Shown here: one piece after another, positions 1-8,827 of the stretch
Numbering within the stretch: position 1 is the first letter of the stretch
Layout: every line of letters starts with the position of its first letter
Source: a virus
Lineage: Duplodnaviria; Caudoviricetes
Length of the DNA: 34,665 nt
IMG/VR virus record: IMGVR_UViG_3300032335_000786
Span: 1-34,665 of that record
Reading direction: 5' to 3' (one strand)
The notes under the pieces: model-generated
Database searches by the model: none
Told to the model about the DNA's origin: nothing
The model's input: the letters and a program-made list of their open reading frames with translations, nothing else
Made by a program: the position numbers and the translations under genes

Positions 1-123
1 CCAAAACAACCCCGACATCATCCACTTCGGATTTGGAGACGACGGCCTTGAATAACTGCCAACTCCCCCACCGCGAACCCAAAAGCGCAGCCGACGGCAC
101 CCTCGTCTGCCCAGGCCACACCC
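1..123. repeat. Terminal direct repeat, left copy (assembly circularisation overlap)
   Basis: 1-123 is identical to 34543-34665, and the 34406-34597 ORF and the following ORF run continuously across the junction. Confidence 0.97.
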
Positions 124-692
124 GCTGGCTTAGAGAATCCATCGACGACGTCGTCGTCACCTACGCCCTTTTGCCGCATTTCTTTGAACCAGGCACCGCC
201 ATCGACGACGGCCACCAAGTCAAAGGCAAAAGGGTCGACCCACCCGCACCCGTCCGCCTTGACGTCGTCGCCCTCCTCGACCGGCGAACCGTCCAGCGAT
301 ACCCCGGCGACATCGTCCCCGTCCTCGCCATGCTCGAAGCCTGGGCAGAACTCGTCCGAGAAGAACGCCAAATCAAGCCATGCCGCCAAACCACCGTCAC
401 CAGCGAGGCCGGCCTCCTACTCGCCCACCTCGGCTGGATCATCACCCAACCATTCGTCAGCGACCTCGCCCAAGAAATCCGCGAAGTGAAATCCGCACTG
501 CACTCCGCCATTGGCGACCACGCGCCCCGACCAGTAGGCACCTGCCCAGTTATCCACCCCGACATCGGCGAGTGCAACGGGAAGCTTTACCAGGATCGTT
601 ACGGCGGCATGAGTGTCACCTGTCGTAAATGCGGGGAGACTTGGGGCGAGACTGAGCTGCGTCGCCTTGGTCTAATGACGCAGGCCATTTGA
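48..692 (+). CDS. Hypothetical protein with C-terminal Cys4 zinc ribbon (candidate late-gene regulator)
   Basis: GGAG at 35-38 precedes TTG 48, which overlaps the upstream stop. C-terminal CP..C..CRKCG motif. Last gene of the replication arm, directly before a sigma-70-type promoter; the function is inferred from position only. Confidence 0.6.
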   Translation: MNNCQLPHREPKSAADGTLVCPGHTRWLRESIDDVVVTYALLPHFFEPGTAIDDGHQVKGKRVDPPAPVRLDVVALLDRRTVQRYPGDIVPVLAMLEAWAELVREERQIKPCRQTTVTSEAGLLLAHLGWIITQPFVSDLAQEIREVKSALHSAIGDHAPRPVGTCPVIHPDIGECNGKLYQDRYGGMSVTCRKCGETWGETELRRLGLMTQAI

Positions 693-718
693 CATGCCGA
701 TGCGCGCGATGCCACACT
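689..718 (+). promoter_or_regulatory. SigA/sigma-70-type promoter (probable late promoter)
   Basis: TTGACA (689-694), 18-nt spacer ending in TGC, then CACACT (713-718); upstream of the HNH/terminase genes. Confidence 0.6.
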
Positions 719-775
719 TGGCCTACCTTCGTGCGCCCAAAATCAGGTTGAGCCGAAGGATCACCTTAAGTAAAT

Positions 776-828
776 GACCCCCAACGGTTGCCGCCGTTGA
801 GGGTCCTAGCCGTCCTAGTTGGAGGACG
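776..828 (+). promoter_or_regulatory. Two-hairpin leader; the second stem occludes the Shine-Dalgarno of the HNH gene
   Basis: GACCC-c-CAACGG / CCGTTG-a-GGGTC stem (776-805), then CGTCCT (811-816) pairs with AGGACG (823-828), overlapping GGAGG before ATG 831. Confidence 0.6.
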
Positions 829-830
829 AC

Positions 831-1301
831 ATGCCCAAGAGTAACGATGATCATGCGCTCGCTCAATTAGATGCAGGCACGCTCACAATCAACGCCGACC
901 TCGGGGTCGTCTACCTGCACGGCAAGCCAGCAACCTGCAAGACGGTTCATGGCTATGTCCGCATAAGCCTGCCCAACGGCAAGCAGGTACTAGCCCATCG
1001 CGTCATGTGGCTGGCCGTCCACGGTCCCATCGCCGACGGCCTGGTGATCAATCACAGAAACAGGCAGCGCGACGACAATCGGCTTAGCAACCTCGAGGCG
1101 ATTACGCCACGACAGAACACGCTTCACGCCACGGGAAGTTTGGCCTATGTGGGAATACGCCCCGAAGACGTTGAGGCTGTTGATCCGCTATGGCTGGCTG
1201 ACATGCTCCAGCGCGCTGCTCGTGGTGACGGACCACCTGATCGCGGCTCAGGCCCAGCAGAGTTTCGCATCAACCGAAACGGGATTAAGTACGCAATCTA
1301 A
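831..1301 (+). CDS. HNH homing-type endonuclease (HNH_3-like)
   Basis: GYVRI...LAHRVMW...INHRNRQRDDNRLSNLEAITPRQN; GGAGG SD before ATG 831. Confidence 0.88.
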   Translation: MPKSNDDHALAQLDAGTLTINADLGVVYLHGKPATCKTVHGYVRISLPNGKQVLAHRVMWLAVHGPIADGLVINHRNRQRDDNRLSNLEAITPRQNTLHATGSLAYVGIRPEDVEAVDPLWLADMLQRAARGDGPPDRGSGPAEFRINRNGIKYAI

Positions 1302-1311
1302 GGGAGAGGAC

Positions 1312-1536
1312 ATGGCGCAGCAGACAACTACCCGCGCCAAGCCCGACCCTGCCCAGCCCAGCGTCACCGTTGAAGACATCGACGAAGCCCTCGTCTACAC
1401 CAGCCTCAACACCAAGCGCGACGACGACTGGCACCGATGGGCCGACGCCCTCCTCGACCAACGCAACCGCATCGCCCGTTCCGGCCCGCGCCGCGAGACT
1501 CGAGTGATGCAGCCCAACGAGTACCCAGAGCGCTAG
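1312..1536 (+). CDS. Hypothetical protein
   Basis: GGGAGAGGA SD before ATG 1312; 74-aa ORF packed between the two HNH genes. Confidence 0.65.
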   Translation: MAQQTTTRAKPDPAQPSVTVEDIDEALVYTSLNTKRDDDWHRWADALLDQRNRIARSGPRRETRVMQPNEYPER

Positions 1537-1847
1537 TGATCCGCCGACCCTGCCTGGACTGTGGATCGTTGACCAGTAACGCCACCCGCTGCGAGCCCTG
1601 CCGCCTCACCAAGCAGCGGGCCAGGGAACGGGGGCCACGCCCTCACTACGCAGGCGACTACCCCAAGCGGGCTAGGCAAGTCAGGCAGTCCCCCGGTCCC
1701 TGCTGGATATGCGGCAAGGACACCCTCGGGCCTAAGGACATCTGGACCGCTGACCATCTGCTTCCAGGTGACCCGGCCAGCCCGCTCGCTAAGGCTCATC
1801 GGTCGTGTAACTCGTCGAGAGGGACCCGCCCCCTCCCCCTGGGATAG
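1536..1847 (+). CDS. HNH endonuclease, terminase-associated (HK97 gp74-like)
   Basis: RRPCLDC...RCEPC, CWICG...TADHLLPG...AHRSCNSSRG; directly upstream of terS; GTG overlaps the previous TAG. Confidence 0.85.
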   Translation: MIRRPCLDCGSLTSNATRCEPCRLTKQRARERGPRPHYAGDYPKRARQVRQSPGPCWICGKDTLGPKDIWTADHLLPGDPASPLAKAHRSCNSSRGTRPLPLG

Positions 1848-1949
1848 ACCGGGACCCGGTCGGAAGTTGGACAGGCACACGATCTGGTTACCCGCTCAGT
1901 ACCCACACACAAATCGCTCCGAAACTCAGACTTCGCCTGGAGGTTTTAG
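1848..1949. other. Candidate cos/packaging region
   Basis: Non-coding gap between the gp74-like HNH and terS, the usual cos location in such phages; + strand composition switches from C/A-rich to G/T-rich near here. The exact cut site cannot be identified. Confidence 0.45.
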
Positions 1950-2369
1950 ATGGCCCCTAGAGGTCGACCTCCAAAGCCCGTTGAGCAGCATCGGCGAACA
2001 GGCACCTTCAACGCCGCCAAGCACAACCGCGGTGCCCTAGTCGCGGTTGAGCCCGTTGACTTGGAGCCGTTCCAGCGCCAGGCCGCCGACCTGTTCGCCG
2101 ACATCATGCAGGCGGGCTCGGCTTGGTTTGCCCGCACCGATGGGGTGCAGCTGGCGATGCTGCGCGAGTCGCTTGAGGAGCGTGAGCGTCTGCTCCCTGT
2201 GGCGGAGTCGTCGACCGAGGCCCGCAAGCAGCTGCGCGAACTCAACCGGGAGATCGCTGACTGGCTGACCCAGCTCGGTTTCAACCCGACGGCCCGTGCC
2301 CGCCTGGGCTTGGCCGAAGTCAAGGCCGCTTCGACGCTGGAGAAGTTGCAGGCCAAGCGGTCCAAGTAA
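1950..2369 (+). CDS. terS: Terminase small subunit (P27 family-like)
   Basis: GRPPKP N-terminus and QLGFNPTARARL C-terminal motif; precedes terL. Confidence 0.88.
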   Translation: MAPRGRPPKPVEQHRRTGTFNAAKHNRGALVAVEPVDLEPFQRQAADLFADIMQAGSAWFARTDGVQLAMLRESLEERERLLPVAESSTEARKQLRELNREIADWLTQLGFNPTARARLGLAEVKAASTLEKLQAKRSK

Positions 2370-2384
2370 GGGAGCCACCTGCGC

Positions 2385-3911
2385 ATGGCAGCCCGAAAGA
2401 TCAAAGGCTGGCCGCCGGCCATCCTGACCCCTGTCCCTGCTGCGGACATCAAGCGCGGCGACGGCCCGTTGGTTACTGAGTTCATTGAGGCCTTGTGCCC
2501 TCAGGTGAAGGACTCGGTGGGCGGCCGGGCTGGTGAGCCTTTGCTGCTGCGACCTTGGCAGCGCAAACTGTTGGACAACTTGTTTGCCCGTCGGGCCGAT
2601 GCGAGATATCGGCACCGGGTAGGTGTCGTGGGACTTGCTAGGAAGAATGGCAAGAGCGCATTGGGCTCTGGCATTGCCCTCTATGGCCTGTTTATGGGTC
2701 CGCGCGGCGGCGAGGTTTATTCGTGCGCGGCTGACCGGGACCAGGCGCGCATCGTGTTTGGTGCGGCGAAGCAGATGGTGGAAATGTCACCGGACTTGGC
2801 CGAGCAGGCGAAGTTGTATCGGGACGCCATTGAGATCCCGGCGACGGGCTCGGTGTACCGGGTGCTTTCCTCTGAGGCGTTTACGAAGGAAGGCTTGTCG
2901 CCGACTTTGGTCGTTTATGACGAGCTGCACGCCGCGCCCAACCGTGAACTCTGGGACGTGATGACGCTGGCGCAGGCCGCGCGCTATGACGCCTTGACTC
3001 TGGCGATTACGACCGCTGGTGTGCGCACAGATTCTACCGGGCAGGACTCGGTCTGTTATGGCCTGTACCAGTATGCGCAGCGGGTCGCGGCCGGCGAGGT
3101 TGAAGACCCGTCGTTTTTCGGTGCTTGGTGGCAGGCGGACCCTGACTGTGACCACCGTGACCCGAAGAATTGGCAGATCGCCAACCCTGGCTACGGCGAC
3201 ATCCAAGACCCCGAGGATTTTGAGTCCTCGGTGAAGCGGACTCCGGAGGCGGAGTTCCGCACGAAGCGCACCAACGTTTTCGTGTCCTCTCAGCAGGCTT
3301 GGTTGCCGCACGGCGCCTGGGACGAGCTGCCGGAGATGTCGCCATTGGATGACGGCACCCCGGTCGTGCTCGGCTTCGACGGCTCGTTCTCAGGTGACAC
3401 GACGGCCATCGTCGGCGTCACGATTGAGGAGACCCCGCGCGTCTGGCTGGTCGACATGTGGGAGAAGCAGCCTACCGACCGTGACGACTGGCGGGTGGAC
3501 ATTGGCGGGGTTGAGGCTCGGATCTTGGAGACGTGCGGCCGGCTCAATGTGGTTGAGGTTGCGTGTGACCCGTACCGCTGGCAGCGCAGCATGGAGGCGC
3601 TGGCCGAGGCCGGGGTTCCGATTACTGAGTACCCATCGAGCAGCCCAGCTCGCATGGTGCCATCGACGGCCAAGTTCTTTGACGCGGTGGTATCAGGCCA
3701 GGTCGCGCACGATCATGCTCCCGCTCTTGCCCGCCACCTGGACAACTGCGTCATCAAGACCGACCAAAAAGGGCCGCGGGTAGTCAAGGAACACCGGGGT
3801 TCTCCTCGCAAGATTGACGCCGCAGTGGCGGCGATCATCGCTTTTGACCGGGCTACTCATCGCCGCGAGGCGGAGCCCGAAGCACCTGTCGCCAGTTTCT
3901 TCTCAGTCTAG
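2385..3911 (+). CDS. terL: Terminase large subunit
   Basis: LRPWQ, Walker A ARKNGKS, Walker B VVYDELH, ITTAG, nuclease GFDGS..GDTT, and KIDAAVA. Confidence 0.98.
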   Translation: MAARKIKGWPPAILTPVPAADIKRGDGPLVTEFIEALCPQVKDSVGGRAGEPLLLRPWQRKLLDNLFARRADARYRHRVGVVGLARKNGKSALGSGIALYGLFMGPRGGEVYSCAADRDQARIVFGAAKQMVEMSPDLAEQAKLYRDAIEIPATGSVYRVLSSEAFTKEGLSPTLVVYDELHAAPNRELWDVMTLAQAARYDALTLAITTAGVRTDSTGQDSVCYGLYQYAQRVAAGEVEDPSFFGAWWQADPDCDHRDPKNWQIANPGYGDIQDPEDFESSVKRTPEAEFRTKRTNVFVSSQQAWLPHGAWDELPEMSPLDDGTPVVLGFDGSFSGDTTAIVGVTIEETPRVWLVDMWEKQPTDRDDWRVDIGGVEARILETCGRLNVVEVACDPYRWQRSMEALAEAGVPITEYPSSSPARMVPSTAKFFDAVVSGQVAHDHAPALARHLDNCVIKTDQKGPRVVKEHRGSPRKIDAAVAAIIAFDRATHRREAEPEAPVASFFSV

Positions 3912-3918
3912 GAGCCGT

Positions 3919-4059
3919 ATGCGCATCGCCCTTGCTTTGCAGATCGCTGGCTGCGTTGCGCTCATTGTCGGGTGCGCCCTTGTGGCGCCTTGGCTCGGTT
4001 TCGTTGTTGCTGGGGTCTGCGGCCTGGCTTTCGGTGTCGCGCTTGAGAGAGGCCTCTGA
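3919..4059 (+). CDS. Small two-TM membrane protein
   Basis: AGGAG SD, ATG 3919, 46 mostly hydrophobic residues; stop overlaps the portal ATG. Confidence 0.75.
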   Translation: MRIALALQIAGCVALIVGCALVAPWLGFVVAGVCGLAFGVALERGL

Positions 4060-5393
4060 TGCTCGCAAACTTGTTCGGCGGTCAGCCGATGGAGGAGCGC
4101 AACCTCTCCTACCAGCAGGTCTGGGGCTCCGGCATCGACGTCTCGGGCTTCGCCACTTGGGCGGGCACGGTCGTCAACCAGAAGAACGCCCTCGAGATTG
4201 GTGCTGCCTACGCTTGCGTGCGCCTGCTGTCGGACACGATCTCGACGCTGCCGGTGGACACGTTCATTCGCCGCGACGGCAACCGACTTCCTTATCGGCC
4301 GCGACCGGCCTGGGTGTACGAGCCCGAGGGTCCCGGCTCTAGCCGAATTGAGTATTACAAGCAGATCGTCGTGTCGATGCTGCTGTCGCATGGGGCCGTG
4401 GTGCAGATCCTGCGCAACGGCAACGGCGAGATCGTTGCGCTTCAGCCGCTTGATCCGACCCGTGTGGACATTCGCCGGAACCCGGCGACCCGTTTGCGCG
4501 AGTTCGTCATTGACGGGGGCCAAGCCGTGCTGCCTGGCGAGGATGTGCTCTACATTCCCGAGATGCGCCGCCCTGGTTCGCTCAAGGGTGTGAGCCGGGT
4601 GGACGAGCTGAAGCAGACGCTGGGCCTGGCGAAGGCGCTGGATGAGTTTGCGTCGCGGTACTTTTCCAACGGTGCCAACACTTCGGGAATGATTGAGTTT
4701 CCTGGCAACTTGACGCAGGAGCAGGCGAAGGATCTGGTCGACGCGTTTGAGGCTGGGCACAAGGGGCTGAAGAAGGCGCACCGTCCAGGTGTGTTGTCGG
4801 GTGGCGCGAAGTTTGTGAAGACTGGCTCGGATGGCGAGCAGGCTCAGATGCTTGAGAGCCGCCAGTTCGCGGTAGAAGAGGTCGCTAGGGTCTTTCGTTG
4901 CCCTCCTAGCATGATCGGATTGAACACTCCCGGCGCCATGTCTTACGCCTCGGTGGAGCACAACGCCATCCAGTTCACCCGCTACTCGCTGACCCCGCTC
5001 ATCGCCGCCATCGAGGAGGCCCACAACCGCCTCCTCCCTGGCGACGTGTTCCTGCGCGTTAACATGGATGGCCTTCTTCGAGGTGACTCGGCAACGCAGG
5101 CGCAGGTGTTCTCTACCGCACTGCAGGCCGGATACATGAGCGTCAATGAGGCCCGCGGCTTGATGGATCTTCGCCCGGTTGACGGCGGCGACAACCCGCG
5201 CGTCCCGCTCGCCAACATTGCAGTCAACTCAGCCAGCATTGTTGAGGAGCGCGAGCGCGTCGAGATGGCCGCGAAACTTGTCCAGTCTGGCTACGAGCCC
5301 GCAGCTGTGCTGTCCGCGCTCGGCCTGCCAGCAATGGCCCACACCGGCCTGGCGTCTAACCAATTGCAGCCGGCCGAGAACGCCCAGGTCTAG
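4059..5393 (+). CDS. HK97-family portal protein
   Basis: AYACVRLLSDTISTLP, YFSNGA, QMLESRQF..EEVARVFRCPP, SYASVE, MSVNEAR. Confidence 0.97.
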   Translation: MLANLFGGQPMEERNLSYQQVWGSGIDVSGFATWAGTVVNQKNALEIGAAYACVRLLSDTISTLPVDTFIRRDGNRLPYRPRPAWVYEPEGPGSSRIEYYKQIVVSMLLSHGAVVQILRNGNGEIVALQPLDPTRVDIRRNPATRLREFVIDGGQAVLPGEDVLYIPEMRRPGSLKGVSRVDELKQTLGLAKALDEFASRYFSNGANTSGMIEFPGNLTQEQAKDLVDAFEAGHKGLKKAHRPGVLSGGAKFVKTGSDGEQAQMLESRQFAVEEVARVFRCPPSMIGLNTPGAMSYASVEHNAIQFTRYSLTPLIAAIEEAHNRLLPGDVFLRVNMDGLLRGDSATQAQVFSTALQAGYMSVNEARGLMDLRPVDGGDNPRVPLANIAVNSASIVEERERVEMAAKLVQSGYEPAAVLSALGLPAMAHTGLASNQLQPAENAQV

Positions 5394-5401
5394 GAGGGCC
5401 G

Positions 5402-6133
5402 ATGAGCAAAATGGAAACCCGCACCTTCACCGTCGATGACCTTGAGGTCCGCGAAGCCCCCGAAGGTATGAGCTTCGAGGGATACGCAGCAGTCTTCAAC
5501 TCCCCGAGCGAGCCCCTGCCGTTCACCGAGACCATCGCCCCTGGGGCCTTCGCCCGGTCACTCAAGTCCCGCAACAACGTCTTCCTCCTCGTCAATCACG
5601 ACGCGGCCCGCCCCTTGGCGTCAACCCGCTCCAAGACGATGACGCTTGAGGAAGACGGTCGCGGCCTGCTGGTCAAGGCGACCTTGCCGGACACGACTGA
5701 CGGCCGCGACCTCGCGGTGCTGCTCGGTGGAGGCGGCAACCCGCGCGTGATTGACTCCATGAGTTTCGGTTTCTCGGTTCCTCGCGGCGGCGACAAGTGG
5801 AATGAGGACGGCAGCCAGCGCACACTTCAGCAGGTGCGGTTGCATGAGACTTCCATAGTCGCGTTCCCGGCATATCGACAGACGTCTGCCGCGGTGCGCA
5901 GCCTGGACATGCTGGCCGAGGTTACAGGCGAGGACGCTGACGCACTCAATGGCGCGCTTGAGGCGCTCGAGCGCGGGGCCACTTTGACGATGGATCAGGC
6001 TGGTCTGCTGTCTGCTGTGGTGGCGAAGTTGTCGCCGGAGCCGCAGCCCGAGCCTGTGGTTGAGCCGGTGGCGCACGACGCCAGCCAAATCAACCTGCTC
6101 AAGACCAAGCTCGACCTGGCCTTCAAGGCCTGA
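5402..6133 (+). CDS. HK97-family prohead protease
   Basis: FEGYAAVFN, ETIAPGAF, LVNHD, MSFGF, LHETSIVAFPAY. Confidence 0.96.
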   Translation: MSKMETRTFTVDDLEVREAPEGMSFEGYAAVFNSPSEPLPFTETIAPGAFARSLKSRNNVFLLVNHDAARPLASTRSKTMTLEEDGRGLLVKATLPDTTDGRDLAVLLGGGGNPRVIDSMSFGFSVPRGGDKWNEDGSQRTLQQVRLHETSIVAFPAYRQTSAAVRSLDMLAEVTGEDADALNGALEALERGATLTMDQAGLLSAVVAKLSPEPQPEPVVEPVAHDASQINLLKTKLDLAFKA

Positions 6134-6251
6134 GACTTCCTGGCCGCGCGAGCCGCGGTCGGGTTTACCCGCTCTGAGGAGCCTCGGCGGGATTCCGCAA
6201 GAAACACCTGCGCGCAATCCAACAAACCGAGACCCCAAGGAGGGGTGAACT

Positions 6252-7469
6252 GTGAGTGAGTACCTGAAGAAGCTCGTGGAGGATCGCCAGTCGGCGTACC
6301 ACGCAGCAAAGGCAAAGATGGACGAGGCCGCCGCTGAGAGCCGCGACCTGTCCGGCGAGGAGCGCGAGTTCGTCGAGCGCACGTTCGCGGAGCTTGACGA
6401 CAAGCGCGCGATGATCGACACGCTCGTTGAGGCTGAGAAGCGCGAGCGCGAGATCGCTCAGTCCATGCGTGGCCTTGAGGATGTCGTCCGCCCGGTTGAG
6501 GCCCGCACTGCGGCCGAGTCCGATTCCGACATTCTTCGTTCAATCCTGGCTGGCGAGCGCCGCGCGCACTCGTTCAAGTTCGAGAAGCGCGACATTGCCA
6601 AGACCAGCAGCAACGCCCCCGTGCCGACGTCATTCTCCGATGTCGTCATTGACCAGGCCCGCCTCGTCGGACCCATGCTTGACCCGAACGTGGTCACCGT
6701 CCTCAACACTGCGTCCGGTGAGGATCTCGTTCTTCCGTCGCTGGCAACGTTCTCCACGGCAGGAATCGAGGCCGAGGCCGCCACGATCGACGAGTCGGAC
6801 CCGACGTTCGGCCGCACCACGCTCAAGGCCTACAAGTACGCCTTCCTCGTGCAGGTCTCGCAGGAGTTCCTGGCCGACAGCAACATTGACGTCATCGGCT
6901 TCCTTGGCCGTCAGGCCGGCAACGAGATCGGCTTCCGCGTCAACGATCGGCTTACGCTGGGCACCGGCACGGTGGAGCCCAACGGCATCACCGTCGCTGC
7001 ATCGGCTGGCGTCACGGGCGGCACAGCTATTGCGGGCACGCGCGGCACTGGCGCGTTCACGGCTGACGATCTCATCGACCTCGTCTACTCGCTGGATGGT
7101 GCGGCTCGCCGCCTGCCCGGCTTTGGGGTCATGGCTAACGGCGCCAGCATCGGCGCCATGCGCAAGCTCAAGACGTCGTCGGGTGACTACGTCTTCGTTC
7201 CGACGATCCAGCCGGGACAGCCTGATCAGATCCTCGGCTACCCGCTGATTGAGAACCCAGCGATGGCTTCGGTCGGCTCTGCCGCCCGTTCCGTCATCGC
7301 CGGTCACTTCCCGTCGTACTACGTCCGCACCGTGGGCGGCATCGACGTGGCTCGCTCGGACGACTTCGCCTTCAACACCGGGCAGGTCACGCTCCGCTTC
7401 CAGATCCGCGTCGACGGCAACCTGCCGCAGACGTCGCACGTCAAGCGGTTCACCGGCGGCACCGCCTAG
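6252..7469 (+). CDS. HK97-fold major capsid protein with N-terminal delta/scaffold coiled coil
   Basis: Charged helical N-terminus, then VPTSF, VSQEFLADS, GTGTVEPNGI, KLKTSSGDY, ILGYPL, RSDDFAF. Confidence 0.96.
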   Translation: MSEYLKKLVEDRQSAYHAAKAKMDEAAAESRDLSGEEREFVERTFAELDDKRAMIDTLVEAEKREREIAQSMRGLEDVVRPVEARTAAESDSDILRSILAGERRAHSFKFEKRDIAKTSSNAPVPTSFSDVVIDQARLVGPMLDPNVVTVLNTASGEDLVLPSLATFSTAGIEAEAATIDESDPTFGRTTLKAYKYAFLVQVSQEFLADSNIDVIGFLGRQAGNEIGFRVNDRLTLGTGTVEPNGITVAASAGVTGGTAIAGTRGTGAFTADDLIDLVYSLDGAARRLPGFGVMANGASIGAMRKLKTSSGDYVFVPTIQPGQPDQILGYPLIENPAMASVGSAARSVIAGHFPSYYVRTVGGIDVARSDDFAFNTGQVTLRFQIRVDGNLPQTSHVKRFTGGTA

Positions 7470-7486
7470 TCACTAGGCACCTAGAC

Positions 7487-7540
7487 GTGGATGGCCCCGC
7501 CTTTGCGCAGGGGGGCGGGGCCATCCACACCCCCTGCGCA
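7487..7540 (+). promoter_or_regulatory. 15-bp GC-rich stem-loop after the capsid gene with an alternative pairing (attenuator/terminator candidate)
   Basis: GTGGATGGCCCCGCC (7487-7501) / GGCGGGGCCATCCAC (7514-7528). The loop-spanning TGCGCAGGGGG (7504-7514) is also complementary to CCCCCTGCGCA (7530-7540). No U-tract follows. Confidence 0.65.
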
Positions 7541-7555
7541 CACTTAGGAGAAACG

Positions 7556-8827
7556 GTGGCCCATGCCACGAAAGCCTCAAACTCTCGCCACAATTCACGT
7601 TCTGGGAATCCCGCTAGACGTGCCGCCGCCCGAGAGGGAGCAGCTGCTCCGGCTGGGACTGCTGCACGAAGAATCCTCTGGGCCAGCAACGCGCCCTGGA
7701 CGGCCACGGGCTACGGCGAGCAAACCCAGCAAGCCACCCGGCGAATCAAAGCCGCCGGCCACGAAGTAGCCATCGCCTCCAACTACGGGCTGGAGGGCTC
7801 AACGATGGAGTGGGAAGGCCTGCCGGTCTACCCGCGTGGCCTTGACGTCTACTCCAACGACGTGATCCCTGCCTATGCGATGGACTTCGGTCGTCCGACC
7901 GGGCAGCAGGCCCTCGTCATTACCCTGTTTGACTGCTGGGTTTTCAAGGGCGGCGGGTGGGACGTACTTGACCGCGTCGCGTCTTGGGTGCCCATTGACC
8001 ACTTCCCCGCACCGGCCCCGGTCATCGAGTGGCTGAAGCGCCCCAACGTGACACCGATTGCCATGTCTCAGTTCGGGCTTGACGCGATTGAGCGCCACGA
8101 CGTTGAGGCGCTATATGTTCCGCACGCCATCGACACCAAGGTTTTCAAGCCGACGGAGTTGATGCAGGGCAGCGACGGCCAGGTGCCCGCCCGCACATGG
8201 ATGGGCATCCCCGACCACGCCTACGTCATAGGGATGATTTCCGCAAATAAGGGGGGCGTAGATAGGAAGGGCTTTGCTGAAGCCTTCCTTGCCGCCGCAA
8301 TGGTGATGCAGAAGCACGACGACGTCTGGCTCTACCTGCACACCGAGCCAAGCCCAGCGATGTCCGGCCTTGATTTGCGGGCGCTGCTGGCCGCGACGGG
8401 CGTGCCGATGGACCGGGTCGCCTTCGCTGACTCGTACTCCTATCGGATGGGCATCCCGAAGGAAGCCCTTGCCAGCATCTACACCGGCATGGACGTGCTG
8501 CTTCAGCCCAGCCGAGGCGAAGGCTTCGGCATCCCCGCCGTCGAGGCCCAGGCCTGCGGCACCCGCGTCATCGTGTCCAACGCCACCGCCCAGCCCGAGC
8601 TCGTCGGCGACGGCTGGCTCTGCGACGTGCAACCGGCTTGGGACGCACCTCAAGGCTGCTGGTTCTTCACGCCTCTCGTGCCGAGCATCGTCGACAACCT
8701 CGAGGCTGCCTACGTGCGAGGCCGGGGCCGATCCCAGCAGGCCATTGACTTCGCCGCCAACTACGACGCCGATGTTGTGTTCGACAGATATTGGCGGCCA
8801 GCGCTTGACATCCTCCTCGCGCCATGA
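7556..8827 (+). CDS. Glycosyltransferase, GT-B fold (GT4-like)
   Basis: ILWASNAPW.ATGYG, VPHAIDTKVF, RKGF, LQPSRGEGFGIPAVEAQACG (E-x7-E). AGGAG SD before GTG 7556. Confidence 0.93.
   Translation: MAHATKASNSRHNSRSGNPARRAAAREGAAAPAGTAARRILWASNAPWTATGYGEQTQQATRRIKAAGHEVAIASNYGLEGSTMEWEGLPVYPRGLDVYSNDVIPAYAMDFGRPTGQQALVITLFDCWVFKGGGWDVLDRVASWVPIDHFPAPAPVIEWLKRPNVTPIAMSQFGLDAIERHDVEALYVPHAIDTKVFKPTELMQGSDGQVPARTWMGIPDHAYVIGMISANKGGVDRKGFAEAFLAAAMVMQKHDDVWLYLHTEPSPAMSGLDLRALLAATGVPMDRVAFADSYSYRMGIPKEALASIYTGMDVLLQPSRGEGFGIPAVEAQACGTRVIVSNATAQPELVGDGWLCDVQPAWDAPQGCWFFTPLVPSIVDNLEAAYVRGRGRSQQAIDFAANYDADVVFDRYWRPALDILLAP

Noticed and set aside
3903-7439. Long antisense and alternate-frame ORFs (e.g. 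3903-5024, 5621-6421, 6630-7439, also 28060-29073)
   Set aside because: Shadow ORFs expected in high-GC coding DNA; they overlap well-supported genes and have no motifs.
7487-7555. Longer GT1 start at 7487 as given in the ORF track
   Set aside because: It lies inside the stem-loop with no SD, whereas GTG 7556 has AGGAG at proper spacing.
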